Origin: Nitrosopumilus sp.
GTDB taxonomy: Archaea; Thermoproteota; Nitrososphaeria; Nitrososphaerales; Nitrosopumilaceae
Reading direction: 5' to 3'
NCBI GenBank assembly: GCA_965203315.1
Contig: OZ241857.1
Coordinates: 928,001 to 992,000, forward strand
DNA: 64,000 bases
Shown: in pieces, positions 1 to 10,331 of the stretch
How positions within the stretch are numbered: position 1 is the stretch's first letter
Layout of the letters: every line of letters begins with the position of its first letter
Notes under the pieces: generated by a model
The model's database searches: none
What the model saw: only the letters and a program-made list of their open reading frames with translations
What the model was told of the DNA's origin: nothing
Made by a program: the position numbers and the translations under genes

Positions 1-2
1 TT

Positions 3-2012
3 GTGAGAGGCCTCGAGCTAGGAAATGCAGTGTTTACAGAGTTTCAGGGAGAGTTGGGGAGACACACAACACTTGATCATCGAATCATCGATATGGGTGC
101 AGGGCTCGAGAGATTCGCTTGGATAACCATGGGAACGCCTACAGCATATGACTGTTGTTTTGGTCCCATAAATGGCATATTGACAGATATGGTAGGTATA
201 GATCAAGACATGAATGTCTTGAGACGATACTTTGTAGAGATTGCAAAGAGAATAGACAAGTTTGATGATCTAGTCACCATACGAGACATGGCAGTGCGTG
301 CAGTAGGTCTAGATGATAAACAGGTAACAGAGATGATCAGGCCACTAGAGCATACATATCTGATTGCAGATCACTTGCGAACTCTGATCTTTGCGATATC
401 AGACGGAGCTCTACCTAGTAATGTTGGTGGCGGTTACAACCTACGGACAATGTTACGGAGAATAGACGCGGCTGCAAAACATCTCAAGATAGATCTAGAG
501 ATGGATACATTGATCGATGCGCATGTAGACTATCTCAAAGAGACATACCCCGAACTAGATGATCGACGTCGAGATGTCAAGACGATCTTGGATATAGAGT
601 TGAGACGATACAGAGAGTCCAAGGTACAGATGCAGCGAAAGGCAACAAAGATTCAGAGACAACCTAGTGTAGACGAGTTGATAAGATTGTACGAGTCAGA
701 TGGTATAACACCAGAGTATCTAAAAGAGATCGACATAATACAAGATATTCCATCGGCATTCTACACAAGACTAGCAGAGTTGCACAAGAGATCAAAACCA
801 AGAGACACCGTACAGATTCCCCTAAAAGAACTACCAGATACAGAGTTGCTCTTTTATGGAGATGATCCAGTAGAGTTTGAGGCAGATGTCATAGATGTCA
901 TAGATGATCAGGTGATTCTAGACAGGACATCATTTTACGCTAGAGGTGGAGGTCAAGAACCAGATATGGGTACGATTGCAGGATTTAAGGTAATAGATGT
1001 ACAACGGCATGGAGGCGTAATAATACACAAGTTACAAGATGGTACACCAAAGATAGGAGACGCCGTACATTGTATCTTGGACGTAACTAGACGTACAAAG
1101 ATAACACAAAACCACACCAGTACTCACATCATCAATGCAGCTGCACGTAGTACGTTGGGATCATGGGTCTGGCAACACTCTGCATTCAAAGACGACACAC
1201 ATGCAAGACTAGACATAACACATCACTCATCACTGACCAAAACTCAGATAGAAGAGATCGAGGCGAGAGCTAATGAGATGATCCAAGAAGAGATACCGGT
1301 CTCTATACAGTACAAGAGTCGTGGAGAGGCAGAGCAAGAGTATGGATTTAGAATATACCAGGGCGGAGTTGTACCGGTAAAACAGGTAAGAATAGTATCG
1401 ATAGGAGATAGAGATGTCGAGGCATGTGGTGGTACACATGTCTCAAACACAAGAGATATCAGATTGATCAAGATCACAAAGACGAAACGGATTCAAGATG
1501 GAGTGGTGCGTATCGAGTTCGTCTCAGGAGATGCTGCGAGTATTGTAAACGAGACAGATGATGAACGAGCAGCTAGACAACTAAGACTAGAGATAGAAGA
1601 ACAGCGAGCAGCTAGTCGAGTCAATGCGAGAACCATGATACCCGAGATGTTGGCAAAGGTTACGAGTGGTGAATCAATAGTTACCGATGGATGTACAATT
1701 CGAGACAAGCGATGTATAGTATATGACAAAAAGTATGACGAACGTTTTTGTCTCGCGTTTGGTAAACGACTCATCAAGGAAGACTGTGAAGGGGTCTTTT
1801 GTGGCATATTTGATGCAGGTACAACTATTCGTGTGATGGTTTATGCAGGAGATCGATCTGGAATAGATGCGAGCCGAGTGGCAGAGCGTATATCAGATAT
1901 GCTCGGTGGCGCTAGTGGAGGTGACTCTAGATTTGCGCAAGGTGGAGGAAGAGACACATCTAAAAAAGAGACCATACTAGACTATGCAATAGATATTATC
2001 ATGAGGCAGTAA
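3..2012 (+). CDS. alaS: Alanine--tRNA ligase (5' end outside window)
   Basis: Motifs DMGAGLER, ADHLRTLIFAISDGALPSNVGGGYNLR, FYARGGGQEPD, editing-domain NHTSTH and ACGGTH, C-terminal GGGD..FAQGGG. Confidence 0.97.
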   Translation: MRGLELGNAVFTEFQGELGRHTTLDHRIIDMGAGLERFAWITMGTPTAYDCCFGPINGILTDMVGIDQDMNVLRRYFVEIAKRIDKFDDLVTIRDMAVRAVGLDDKQVTEMIRPLEHTYLIADHLRTLIFAISDGALPSNVGGGYNLRTMLRRIDAAAKHLKIDLEMDTLIDAHVDYLKETYPELDDRRRDVKTILDIELRRYRESKVQMQRKATKIQRQPSVDELIRLYESDGITPEYLKEIDIIQDIPSAFYTRLAELHKRSKPRDTVQIPLKELPDTELLFYGDDPVEFEADVIDVIDDQVILDRTSFYARGGGQEPDMGTIAGFKVIDVQRHGGVIIHKLQDGTPKIGDAVHCILDVTRRTKITQNHTSTHIINAAARSTLGSWVWQHSAFKDDTHARLDITHHSSLTKTQIEEIEARANEMIQEEIPVSIQYKSRGEAEQEYGFRIYQGGVVPVKQVRIVSIGDRDVEACGGTHVSNTRDIRLIKITKTKRIQDGVVRIEFVSGDAASIVNETDDERAARQLRLEIEEQRAASRVNARTMIPEMLAKVTSGESIVTDGCTIRDKRCIVYDKKYDERFCLAFGKRLIKEDCEGVFCGIFDAGTTIRVMVYAGDRSGIDASRVAERISDMLGGASGGDSRFAQGGGRDTSKKETILDYAIDIIMRQ

Positions 2013-2013
2013 T

Positions 2014-4893
2014 ATGGTAAACCAGAACAGGATAGAATGGAATGAGATAGAGTCCAAGTGGCAGAGCGTGTGGGCAAGAGAGCGTCAGTTTGAGACAGAC
2101 CCTTCCGAGTTGCCAAAAAAGTTCATAACGGTTGCGTATCCATATCCCAACTCACCTCAACATATAGGACATGGACGCACATATACCATAACCGACGTAC
2201 ATGCCAGATTTTATAGAATGTGTGGATACAATGTACTGTTCCCCATGGCATTTCATTATACAGGAACTCCTATACTTGCCATGTCAAAAAAGATCCAAGA
2301 AGGCGATGTAGAGATAATACGTAACCTAAGGGATCTGTACATGGTTCCAGAGAATACGATATCAGAGTTTGTAGAGCCGGTAAAGATAGCCAACTATTTT
2401 CATGCAGAGATAAAGGCAGGAATGATCGAGATGGGTTACTCGATCGACTGGAGACGAGAGTTTACTACTATTGATCCAGGATATAGCAAGTTTGTAGAGT
2501 GGCAAGTAAACAAGCAACGACAAAAAAACTTGATAATCCAAGGGTCACATCCGGTGGGATGGTGCCCAAAGGATCAAAACCCGGTATCGCAACATGACAC
2601 GCTAGGAGATCTAGAACCCGAGTTTACAGAGTATGTACTGATAAAGTTCAAGATGGGTGACTATGTAATCCCGACTGCGACACTTAGACCAGAGACGATA
2701 TTTGGTGTAGTAAACTTGTGGATCAATCCAGATGTCACATATGCAAAGATAACACTAGATGGTCATAGATGGATAACCAGTCAAGAGTGTGCAGCAAAAC
2801 TCGAGTTTCTTGATCATGATATCATCATACACGATACAGTATCGGGATCAGAGCTGATAGGATGTACTGTAACTACACCTCAAGGTACAGAGGTACCCAT
2901 TCTTCCGGCCACTTTTGTAGATCAAGAGACTGGGACCGGTATCGTCATGTCTGTTCCTGCTCATGCACCTTTTGATTTACAGGCGTTGTATGACACTCAA
3001 GCGTCTAGTGATCCTAAACTTGCGGCAACTGCAACCAAGATAGTACCGATATCGATAATCACCACAGACGGATATGGAGAGAATCCAGCACGTGATGGTT
3101 TAACAGAGATGGGCATAAGTGATCAGAGTGATCCTAGAATAGACGAGATAACAAAGGAGATATACGCAAAAGAGTTCTATGCAGGACGACTCAATGAAAA
3201 GACGGGCAGATATGCAGGAATGATGGTATCTGCTGCCAAAGATGCAATAAAGTCTCAGATGATACAGGAAGGTACAGCCGATATACTGCTAGAACTCTCG
3301 AGTCCAATAAAGTGCAGGTGTGGAACTCGTTGCGTCGTAAAGATTCTCAACAATCAATGGTTCCTAAACTATGGAGACCCTAGCTGGAAAGAGCTTGCAA
3401 CAAAGTGTTTTGAGAGGATGAGTATACTACCAGCAGAGATCAGAAGCGAGTTCGAATATGTAGTAGGATGGCTCAGAGAGCGAGCTTGTGCTAGGCAACA
3501 GGGCATGGGAACAAAACTTCCGTGGGACAAGGACTGGATAGTAGAGAGCCTAGCTGACTCTGTGATATACATGGCATACTATACAATATCTAGACATCTA
3601 GGAGACATTGCAGATAGACTAGACGACAAGTTCTTCGAGTATGTGTTTGGAGGAGTCGGTGATCCCGATCACATATCAGATACTATAGGCATAACTAGAT
3701 CAAGATTAGAAGAGATCAGATCAGAGTTTAAGTACTTTTATCCTGTGGACTCGAGGCACTCGGGCAAGGATCTTGTTCCAAATCATCTAACATTCTTTGT
3801 TATGAATCACACGGCCCTATTTGACGAAGAGTATTGGCCAAAAGAGATAGTTGTGAATGGTTCTGTCTTGATGAATGGATCAAAGATGTCAAAGAGTATG
3901 GGAAATATAGTTCCTATACGAAAGGCGATAAGAGAGTACGGAGCTGATCCGATACGTCTTACAATGATAATATCTTCCGAGTTGTCACAAGACGCAGACT
4001 TTGGAGTTGAGTCGATCTCTGGAATACAGGATAAACTAGTACACATGTATCAACAGTGTCGTACACTAAAGCCAGAGGACGGCAAGATAGAGGCGTTTGA
4101 AGACAGATGGATCCTATCAAAGATGATAACGATGAATATTCACTCGACTGTAGCGATCGAAAAGATGCGACTACGCGAAGCATTACACAACATACTGTTC
4201 TCGTTTGGTACAGACATCAATTGGTATCTAAAACGCGCAAAGGCCAAAGGCCGTACAGACCTCAACTACATCCTATACACAATACACATTGTACGTGTTG
4301 CCATGCTCTCACCATTTGCACCGCACATATCAGAGGAGATGTGGTCAGTGTTAAAATGCTCTGGTCTTGCGTCAACATCCAAGTGGCCTAAATTCGTTAA
4401 ATCAGATATAGAATCGTCTATACTCCAAGCTGAAGAGTTGTTAAAGTCGATCATATTCGACATTACAAAGATACTCAAAGTTACAAAGATTACACCAAAG
4501 AGAATAGTAGTGTATACAGCGAGTGAGATAAAATCAAAGATACACCGTGCAGTATTACACAAGATAATATCAGGTCAGACAGACATGAGAGATGTAATGA
4601 GATCACTGTTATCTGATTTAGATACCGTCGATGCCAAAAAGATGCCAGAGTTTGTTCAGATGACTATAAGAGATATTCTATCTGAATCGTCAGAGATAAA
4701 CGATATGAGATATACCAATCCAGAGTTTAATGAAACCGAGTTTCTCGTACAAGAGTTGACATCAATAGCAGCAGATGAATTTACAGCCGAGATCAAGATA
4801 TACAACGAAAGTGATTCTGACATATATGATCCAAAAAACAAAGCAAGAAATGCAAGACCGTTCAAGCCTGCGATATTTATCGAGTCAGATTAG
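2014..4893 (+). CDS. leuS: Leucine--tRNA ligase (archaeal type)
   Basis: AYPYPNSPQHIGH (HIGH), TLRPETIFG, GTGIVMSVPAHAPFD, KMSKS. Confidence 0.97.
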   Translation: MVNQNRIEWNEIESKWQSVWARERQFETDPSELPKKFITVAYPYPNSPQHIGHGRTYTITDVHARFYRMCGYNVLFPMAFHYTGTPILAMSKKIQEGDVEIIRNLRDLYMVPENTISEFVEPVKIANYFHAEIKAGMIEMGYSIDWRREFTTIDPGYSKFVEWQVNKQRQKNLIIQGSHPVGWCPKDQNPVSQHDTLGDLEPEFTEYVLIKFKMGDYVIPTATLRPETIFGVVNLWINPDVTYAKITLDGHRWITSQECAAKLEFLDHDIIIHDTVSGSELIGCTVTTPQGTEVPILPATFVDQETGTGIVMSVPAHAPFDLQALYDTQASSDPKLAATATKIVPISIITTDGYGENPARDGLTEMGISDQSDPRIDEITKEIYAKEFYAGRLNEKTGRYAGMMVSAAKDAIKSQMIQEGTADILLELSSPIKCRCGTRCVVKILNNQWFLNYGDPSWKELATKCFERMSILPAEIRSEFEYVVGWLRERACARQQGMGTKLPWDKDWIVESLADSVIYMAYYTISRHLGDIADRLDDKFFEYVFGGVGDPDHISDTIGITRSRLEEIRSEFKYFYPVDSRHSGKDLVPNHLTFFVMNHTALFDEEYWPKEIVVNGSVLMNGSKMSKSMGNIVPIRKAIREYGADPIRLTMIISSELSQDADFGVESISGIQDKLVHMYQQCRTLKPEDGKIEAFEDRWILSKMITMNIHSTVAIEKMRLREALHNILFSFGTDINWYLKRAKAKGRTDLNYILYTIHIVRVAMLSPFAPHISEEMWSVLKCSGLASTSKWPKFVKSDIESSILQAEELLKSIIFDITKILKVTKITPKRIVVYTASEIKSKIHRAVLHKIISGQTDMRDVMRSLLSDLDTVDAKKMPEFVQMTIRDILSESSEINDMRYTNPEFNETEFLVQELTSIAADEFTAEIKIYNESDSDIYDPKNKARNARPFKPAIFIESD

Positions 4894-5152
4894 AGATATA
4901 CGTTTAAAATAATCTAGGGATCTGTATTATCTTTGTAATACACTGTTGCCAGTTATTACGTATTTATCGAGACGTACATCTATTGCTTCGTAAATAAAAA
5001 TCGGTAATTAAAATTCTAGTCTAGTAATAGCATAGTTTAGATTTGTGGTTAGTCTTTCACGATTTGATTTTGAGATCATGCACGTATTGTACTAGAGATA
5101 TGTTTGTAATGATCAATAGACAAACCTTTTGCGCGATACATTTTAAAACATC

Positions 5153-6049
5153 TTGAATATAGATGTCGTAATGGATTTTGAGCAGATCATGGGATTAGGG
5201 GGATATGATGCCCACCCCCTATTGACTAAAGCAGCAAAGCTAATGGATCGGGGCAAGCATGAAGAAGTTCTGATCGCTTGCGATAAAGTATTGAACGAGA
5301 TGCCAAAAGAATGGATGGCACATAAACTCAAGGCTTCACTCTATAACGAACTAGAGAGATATGATGAGGCAATAGAATGTATTAATCGAGCAATAAAATA
5401 TTCCAGGGAGCCTTTTAAGGGAATTTGCCTGTGTACAAAGGTGCAAATACTGAGCAAATCTGGCAGACATACTGAAGCAGCAAGGTGGTCAGACAAGGCC
5501 ATACGTAGTGGTTTTGACTTTCCGATGATGTATCATATTAAAGGATGTTCACTGCACCAAATTTATGATGAAACACCAGATAAGAAACTAGCAGAAAAGG
5601 CACTACATTGTTACGATAAAGCGTTAAAAAATGATCCAACCTTTATGCTAATCGAAGAAGCTATGCCAGGCGTACTAGACTCGGCACGTAAAAATGTTTT
5701 AAATAATAAAGGAAGACTATTAATCTCTCTTGAGAGACATGATGAAGCAATAGAATGTTTTGATGAAGAGTTGCTACTAGACCCCGATGATGCTGCAACT
5801 TGGGAAGACAAGTCAGTAGCACTTTATCTTGCGAATAGACGCGATGAAGCAATAGAATGTTGTAAAAAAGTGATTGAACTAGACTCTAGAGATCCAAAAG
5901 TGTTGTTCTCACTTGCAGATACGTTGAATGATCTTGATTTACTACAAGAGGCACTAGATACACTAAACATCGCTCTGAAACTAGAGCCATCAAACATCGA
6001 CGGAAAGGAACTTTATCAACAGATCATCTCAACACTAAATTTAAGATGA
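5153..6049 (+). CDS. Tetratricopeptide repeat protein
   Basis: Multiple 34-aa repeats (YDEAIECINRAI, HDEAIECFDEEL, RDEAIECCKKVI); alternative ATG start at 5171. Confidence 0.9.
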   Translation: MNIDVVMDFEQIMGLGGYDAHPLLTKAAKLMDRGKHEEVLIACDKVLNEMPKEWMAHKLKASLYNELERYDEAIECINRAIKYSREPFKGICLCTKVQILSKSGRHTEAARWSDKAIRSGFDFPMMYHIKGCSLHQIYDETPDKKLAEKALHCYDKALKNDPTFMLIEEAMPGVLDSARKNVLNNKGRLLISLERHDEAIECFDEELLLDPDDAATWEDKSVALYLANRRDEAIECCKKVIELDSRDPKVLFSLADTLNDLDLLQEALDTLNIALKLEPSNIDGKELYQQIISTLNLR

Positions 6050-6267
6050 GTGGTTTCCATCCGAGACAGAAAACGTGCATCTAAACACATAACAACTACA
6101 AGATTGAAAAGATGACAACATAGACTAGATCAATTATGATTCAACACCAATTTGGATTTGCTGTGCCGCATAGTATCAGGTATTGTCAACTAGATGTGTT
6201 AACTAGTGACAAATACAAGGATTCAGACTAGGCTATTTATTAGGAAGTCGTTGAACGGCAGAATATC

Positions 6268-7281
6268 TTGAAGATAGCTGTGATGGGAATGGGTGTTGCA
6301 GGATCTTACCTAATGGCGAGATTGGCACAGACAGAACACACAATAGTTGGATATGAGCGGAGTAGTAGAGAGCGACATGACTCGATCTGTGCATGGGGGA
6401 CGATCAAGCCGGTTCTCGATGAATTTTGTAAAAAAGTTGGTAGAGACTTTAATGACTATCTAATACATGATGGAAAAAAGATGCATGTAAAGATGAACAA
6501 TGATACAAAGTTTGATATCGGCCTACATGGATTATGCACGTATGACAAACTTGGATTGATCAAGGACTTTATCAAGGACTCTGACGTACGGTACAATAGT
6601 GCACCACATCTTGCAGAGCTTGAAGAACAGTATGATATCATAGTAGACTGTACTGGATTTCATAGAATGTATCTACCAAAACTAGAGCAGGACTTTTTCT
6701 TACCCACCTATGAATACAAAGTCGAGTACGAGAGAGGTGTACCGTATGAAGACTTTTACATAGAACCTTTTCCGGGTATGTCTGGATACTTTTGGTACTT
6801 TCCATTAGGCGAAAAATGGGCACATATTGGTGCAGGAGATTACAGAAAGAATCACATCAAAGCTACAGATGCATTTCTAAAGAAACATGGTGGCAAAGTT
6901 ATTGCAACCAAGGGACGTCCCATCAGATTGGCAACGCCAAACAAGTGTAAGCCATTTTACAGTGGCAAGGTCGTAGGAGTTGGCGAATCTATTGGAACAG
7001 TATATGCGTTGTTGGGAGAGGGAATAATTCCCAGCATGCAATGTGTAGAGCTCTTTTTAGAGAACATTGATGATTTTGCAGCATACGAACAAGCAGTGGA
7101 TAAACACTACAAGGTTTATGGAAAGGTCTTTAACTTTGTTAGAGCAAAGATCCACAAAGACTTTAACTTTGTTAGAGCACTACCAGATTTCATTGCCATA
7201 TTTAGATACATGAAAAAGCATGAAGATAGATTTGGCATGGACATAAAGATATCTGATCTAATTAAAGTTGCAAAGGCCTAG
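6268..7281 (+). CDS. NAD(P)/FAD-dependent oxidoreductase, geranylgeranyl reductase family
   Basis: N-terminal GMGVAG Rossmann motif, GYFWYFP, VGESIGTVYALLGEGI resembling the GD(A)AG..P..GEGI motif. Confidence 0.8.
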   Translation: MKIAVMGMGVAGSYLMARLAQTEHTIVGYERSSRERHDSICAWGTIKPVLDEFCKKVGRDFNDYLIHDGKKMHVKMNNDTKFDIGLHGLCTYDKLGLIKDFIKDSDVRYNSAPHLAELEEQYDIIVDCTGFHRMYLPKLEQDFFLPTYEYKVEYERGVPYEDFYIEPFPGMSGYFWYFPLGEKWAHIGAGDYRKNHIKATDAFLKKHGGKVIATKGRPIRLATPNKCKPFYSGKVVGVGESIGTVYALLGEGIIPSMQCVELFLENIDDFAAYEQAVDKHYKVYGKVFNFVRAKIHKDFNFVRALPDFIAIFRYMKKHEDRFGMDIKISDLIKVAKA

Positions 7282-7351
7282 TCTTTTGTAACTTTATGTA
7301 ACTTTTGTAATAATAGAAATGTAATCAAAACTAGAGAGTCTCAATTACTTG

Positions 7352-8053
7352 CTAGTTAAAACTTGTACAACTAAACCCATCTCGATTTGTGCGATTTGAT
7401 GCCATATTGTACTCGTATATGATCTTAGAGTATGTCTCTAATTCGTCATGCATTGGAGCAATGGTATCAGATAGATAAAAACCTGGACAGTCACCAGTAA
7501 ACTGGAAAGTGGCATGAACCTTTGCGCTTCCCTTCTCATTCATAAGCCACGTTGAGAATGGATACAAATAACATACACCAGGTCTTGATGGATGCATACT
7601 ACAGCCACCGTCTTTGTCAAGAAATCTACAAGATATATGAGTCCCATCATCGTCAACAGTCTCGTCTACACGTCGTTTTAGATTTATTGTAGTTAGAGTT
7701 ATGTTCTGATTTGATGGTCCAGGTTCTTCATACGTTGCGACTATAGTCTCATCACGTACAAAGTCAGATGTCTTTTGATATCCCAGTCCATTACCTATAG
7801 TTATCAGATCATCAGATGTGAGTGGGAGGCGTCCTTGTCTATCGCAACAGTTGTGGCAGTCGGGCCAGAAACACTTCCACAAAACATATCTTGTATCGAT
7901 ACACGGAATATGAAACGTCACATTGTTTACACGAGTTGTGTAATCAGAGACATTGGTAATCTCGCCCAGCATGAATGAACGTAACGTAGGATCGATATCC
8001 CAATCTCTTTCCAACAGGTCTAATGACTCTTGAATGTGATTATGTGAAGACAA
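7352..8053 (-). CDS. YkgJ family cysteine-cluster protein
   Basis: CFWPDCHNCC, CRFLD...CSMHPSRPGVCYLYPF, C-terminal CPG. Confidence 0.85.
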   Translation of the reverse strand: MSSHNHIQESLDLLERDWDIDPTLRSFMLGEITNVSDYTTRVNNVTFHIPCIDTRYVLWKCFWPDCHNCCDRQGRLPLTSDDLITIGNGLGYQKTSDFVRDETIVATYEEPGPSNQNITLTTINLKRRVDETVDDDGTHISCRFLDKDGGCSMHPSRPGVCYLYPFSTWLMNEKGSAKVHATFQFTGDCPGFYLSDTIAPMHDELETYSKIIYEYNMASNRTNRDGFSCTSFN

Positions 8054-8088
8054 GGATCAAGTTATAAAAATGATCCATGTAGTTATTA

Positions 8089-8409
8089 ATGTTGGGTGAA
8101 AAAGGCAAGTACGCGTCAGCCACCGAGAACAGAAGGTTTGTTTGGAGTGAGATCGTGTGGCCGTTGATATTAGATCTTGGCGATGTGTCTTTCTCACTAA
8201 GACAATTTCAAGAGAGACGCAATCAGGTATGCAAACATTACAATATTGCAATTCAAATTCCATCTAGAGGTTTGGTCTCATTAGTACAAAAAGGAATACT
8301 AGTCAAGGAGGATGACGTGTACTCGATTCATTTTAGATTGATACCATATATGAGACTACGAGCTGACTGTGATTATGCAACTGCGATCCATGAAGTCAAG
8401 ATAAAATGA
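8089..8409 (+). CDS. Hypothetical protein, possible winged-helix
   Basis: 106-aa ORF with core-like codon use, divergent from the YkgJ gene; SRGLVSLVQKGILVKE resembles a wHTH recognition helix and wing. Confidence 0.6.
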   Translation: MLGEKGKYASATENRRFVWSEIVWPLILDLGDVSFSLRQFQERRNQVCKHYNIAIQIPSRGLVSLVQKGILVKEDDVYSIHFRLIPYMRLRADCDYATAIHEVKIK

Positions 8410-8563
8410 TACCTTAACGATTCTGTTATTGATATGAATAGATTAAAGATGTACTTCTGTGATATACAGAATACACCAGGGATGTGTTCTCGTGTAAAAG
8501 GAGACAGACATGTATCCGTTAGAGCAATTAACGTAGTATCATTATTAGCCCATTTATCAAAAT

Positions 8564-8757
8564 CTATGCATTTAGTTCATCTAGTGACATCTCAAATATC
8601 TTTTGTACGTTAATGATTTTTACGGCAATGTGTGACACGGTCATCCTGTCTATTCATTATAAAATATGAAGTGACTGCGTTTTTGATGATGTTTATAATC
8701 CAATGTATCTAAACTTTACAAGATCTCTTGATGAAATTTTTGGATTATTTATCGCAC
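8564..8757 (-). pseudogene. hicA: Degraded HicA-family toxin remnant
   Basis: Manual minus-strand translation across frameshifts gives PKISSRDLVKF / LDYKHHQKRSHFIFYNE* / RMTVSH / IFEMSLDELNA*, matching the HicA pattern (P.IS.KELIK, RQKGSH, VTVP.H); directly downstream of hicB. Confidence 0.55.
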
Positions 8758-8765
8758 TGTTTTTC

Positions 8766-9106
8766 CTAATGATTTTTCATGCATTTTTGGCATTCAAATA
8801 TGCCTAACGCAGCTTCTTTAATGTTCTTTAGTCGTGAACATAATAATTTTCCTAGTGTTGTGTCACAATTTGGTGTCATCTGTTCTGCCAGAGGCAAATT
8901 CCGTCTCTGACCACACATATGCAGGAGTAAACGAGAAAACAATTCCGTTCGTGACTATTTAATGCTTCTTCCCCAGTATCACCATCAGATATTGCTCCTG
9001 GTATAGTTGGTATTGTAACAACATATCCACCATCATCATCATCTTTTTCTAACCGCACAGTATATTTTTGCTCAATCAAAATATCTAATTCGTGTATTAC
9101 GTTCAT
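8766..9106 (-). pseudogene. hicB: HicB-family antitoxin interrupted by a MITE
   Basis: YTVRLEKDDDDGGYVVTIPTIPGAISDGDTGEEAL; removing 8829-8959 restores the in-frame tail KNIKEAALGIFECQKCMKNH*. Confidence 0.85.
8829..8957. mobile_element. MITE, TAGTC-ended family, copy 1 (inside hicB)
   Basis: Imperfect terminal inverted repeats TAGTCGTGAAC...GTTCGTGACTA, TT on both flanks, alignable along its full length with 9762-9891. Confidence 0.85.
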
Positions 9107-9244
9107 TGCCTTATTTAGAAGATGGAAACGTATAATCATTTAAAGTACGACAATAAACTGCGTAGTACAAAAATCGTTCACCTCTAGCCAGATGGCTAGG
9201 ACAAACAGACAGTCAAAAGTCAAGGAAAATGGAGTATACCTAAA

Positions 9245-9599
9245 GGCGATTGCTCATTTCGAGCCCCTAAGCATGTATTGCACCAATAAATCAAACAGAT
9301 CGCAATTTCGGTTATTGTATCGCCACTCCATCTCTTTGAGATACAGTGGGAATTTCTTTGAACTCACACCTCGATACTTTGCCAAGTTCAATTTAGCAAA
9401 GCCCCAGAACCCTTCCATTCCATTGATGTGCGCATCACCTCGCAAAGATGTTCTGATGATCAACTGATTCTCTCTGGTATCCATGAAAGACCGATTTACC
9501 ATACCCGTCATTTCCCATCTCGAGAAGAGATATCAAATACATCAAGACTTGTGTCTAAATTTGGTCATATTTAGTTAGGGGCTCGAAATGAGCAACACC
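9245..9599 (-). mobile_element. Internally deleted IS1595-family element
   Basis: Perfect 21-bp inverted repeat TTGCTCATTTCGAGCCCCTAA (9250-9270 / 9575-9595); ORF 9254-9511 is a transposase C-terminus (HINGMEGFWG.AK...YRGVS.K.F.LYLKE.EWRYN). Confidence 0.85.
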
Positions 9600-9761
9600 A
9601 TCTAAATTTGATGCAAGATTGATAGAACTGGAAATCAAGCATGTTCTTGCATGGATAAATTATCCACAGACCAATAGTAGAGATGGTTCTGTAAAGTTCA
9701 ACGTAAATTGCCTTTGAAGTAATTATGAAGAGTTAGTGATCGAGTAGGATCTATTCATATA

Positions 9762-9891
9762 TAGTCGTGAACATAATAATTTTCCTAGTCTGCAGTATCA
9801 CAATTTGGTGTTGTTTGTTCTGTCCGAGGTAAATTCCGTCTCTTGCCCACATGTACGAGAGTGAACAAGAAAACAATTCCGTTTGTGACTA
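9762..9891. mobile_element. MITE, TAGTC-ended family, copy 2
   Basis: Same ends and body as 8829-8957; TA on both flanks. Confidence 0.8.
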
Positions 9892-10043
9892 TATAACTAC
9901 AGTTGTGAGTGACCACACATATGTCTCTTGGAAAAAGGGGCATCAGACCCACATGGAGCATTGAAGAGTCGTCAGGAGAGGAATATTCATGTCAAATGAT
10001 GATTAGATTGTAATTTATATTACGTGATATATAATGTAAGCAC

Positions 10044-10325
10044 ATGGAGCAAAGCGATCTAGTGAGCGTAGATTTTAGAGTCTGTTGTAGTCACAAGGAT
10101 CACGGTAAACCGTGTAGAGATACTATGATCGCAATTCGTGATAATTTTTTCAACATAATAAAAATTAACGCTGTAAAACCAGTCGATAACTCAGAAGATA
10201 TGTGTGTTATTGGCAAAGCAAAGATCAACCCAACAAAACGAAAGAGTTTTGAAGAGAATTTAGCAAAGATACGAATAGGTAAGAAGAAAATTATAACGTC
10301 TAGTGTCACCATACTTCAAGACTAG
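10044..10325 (+). CDS. Hypothetical protein, possible ferredoxin-like (AsnC ligand-binding type) fold
   Basis: 93-aa AT-rich ORF preceded by a TATA-like TTTATATT; apparently co-transcribed with the HAD gene; fold guess from alternating beta/alpha pattern only. Confidence 0.55.
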   Translation: MEQSDLVSVDFRVCCSHKDHGKPCRDTMIAIRDNFFNIIKINAVKPVDNSEDMCVIGKAKINPTKRKSFEENLAKIRIGKKKIITSSVTILQD

Positions 10326-10331
10326 TTTGCA

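Noticed and set aside
9192-9467. 91-aa plus-strand ORF
   Set aside because: Antisense to the IS1595 transposase fragment.
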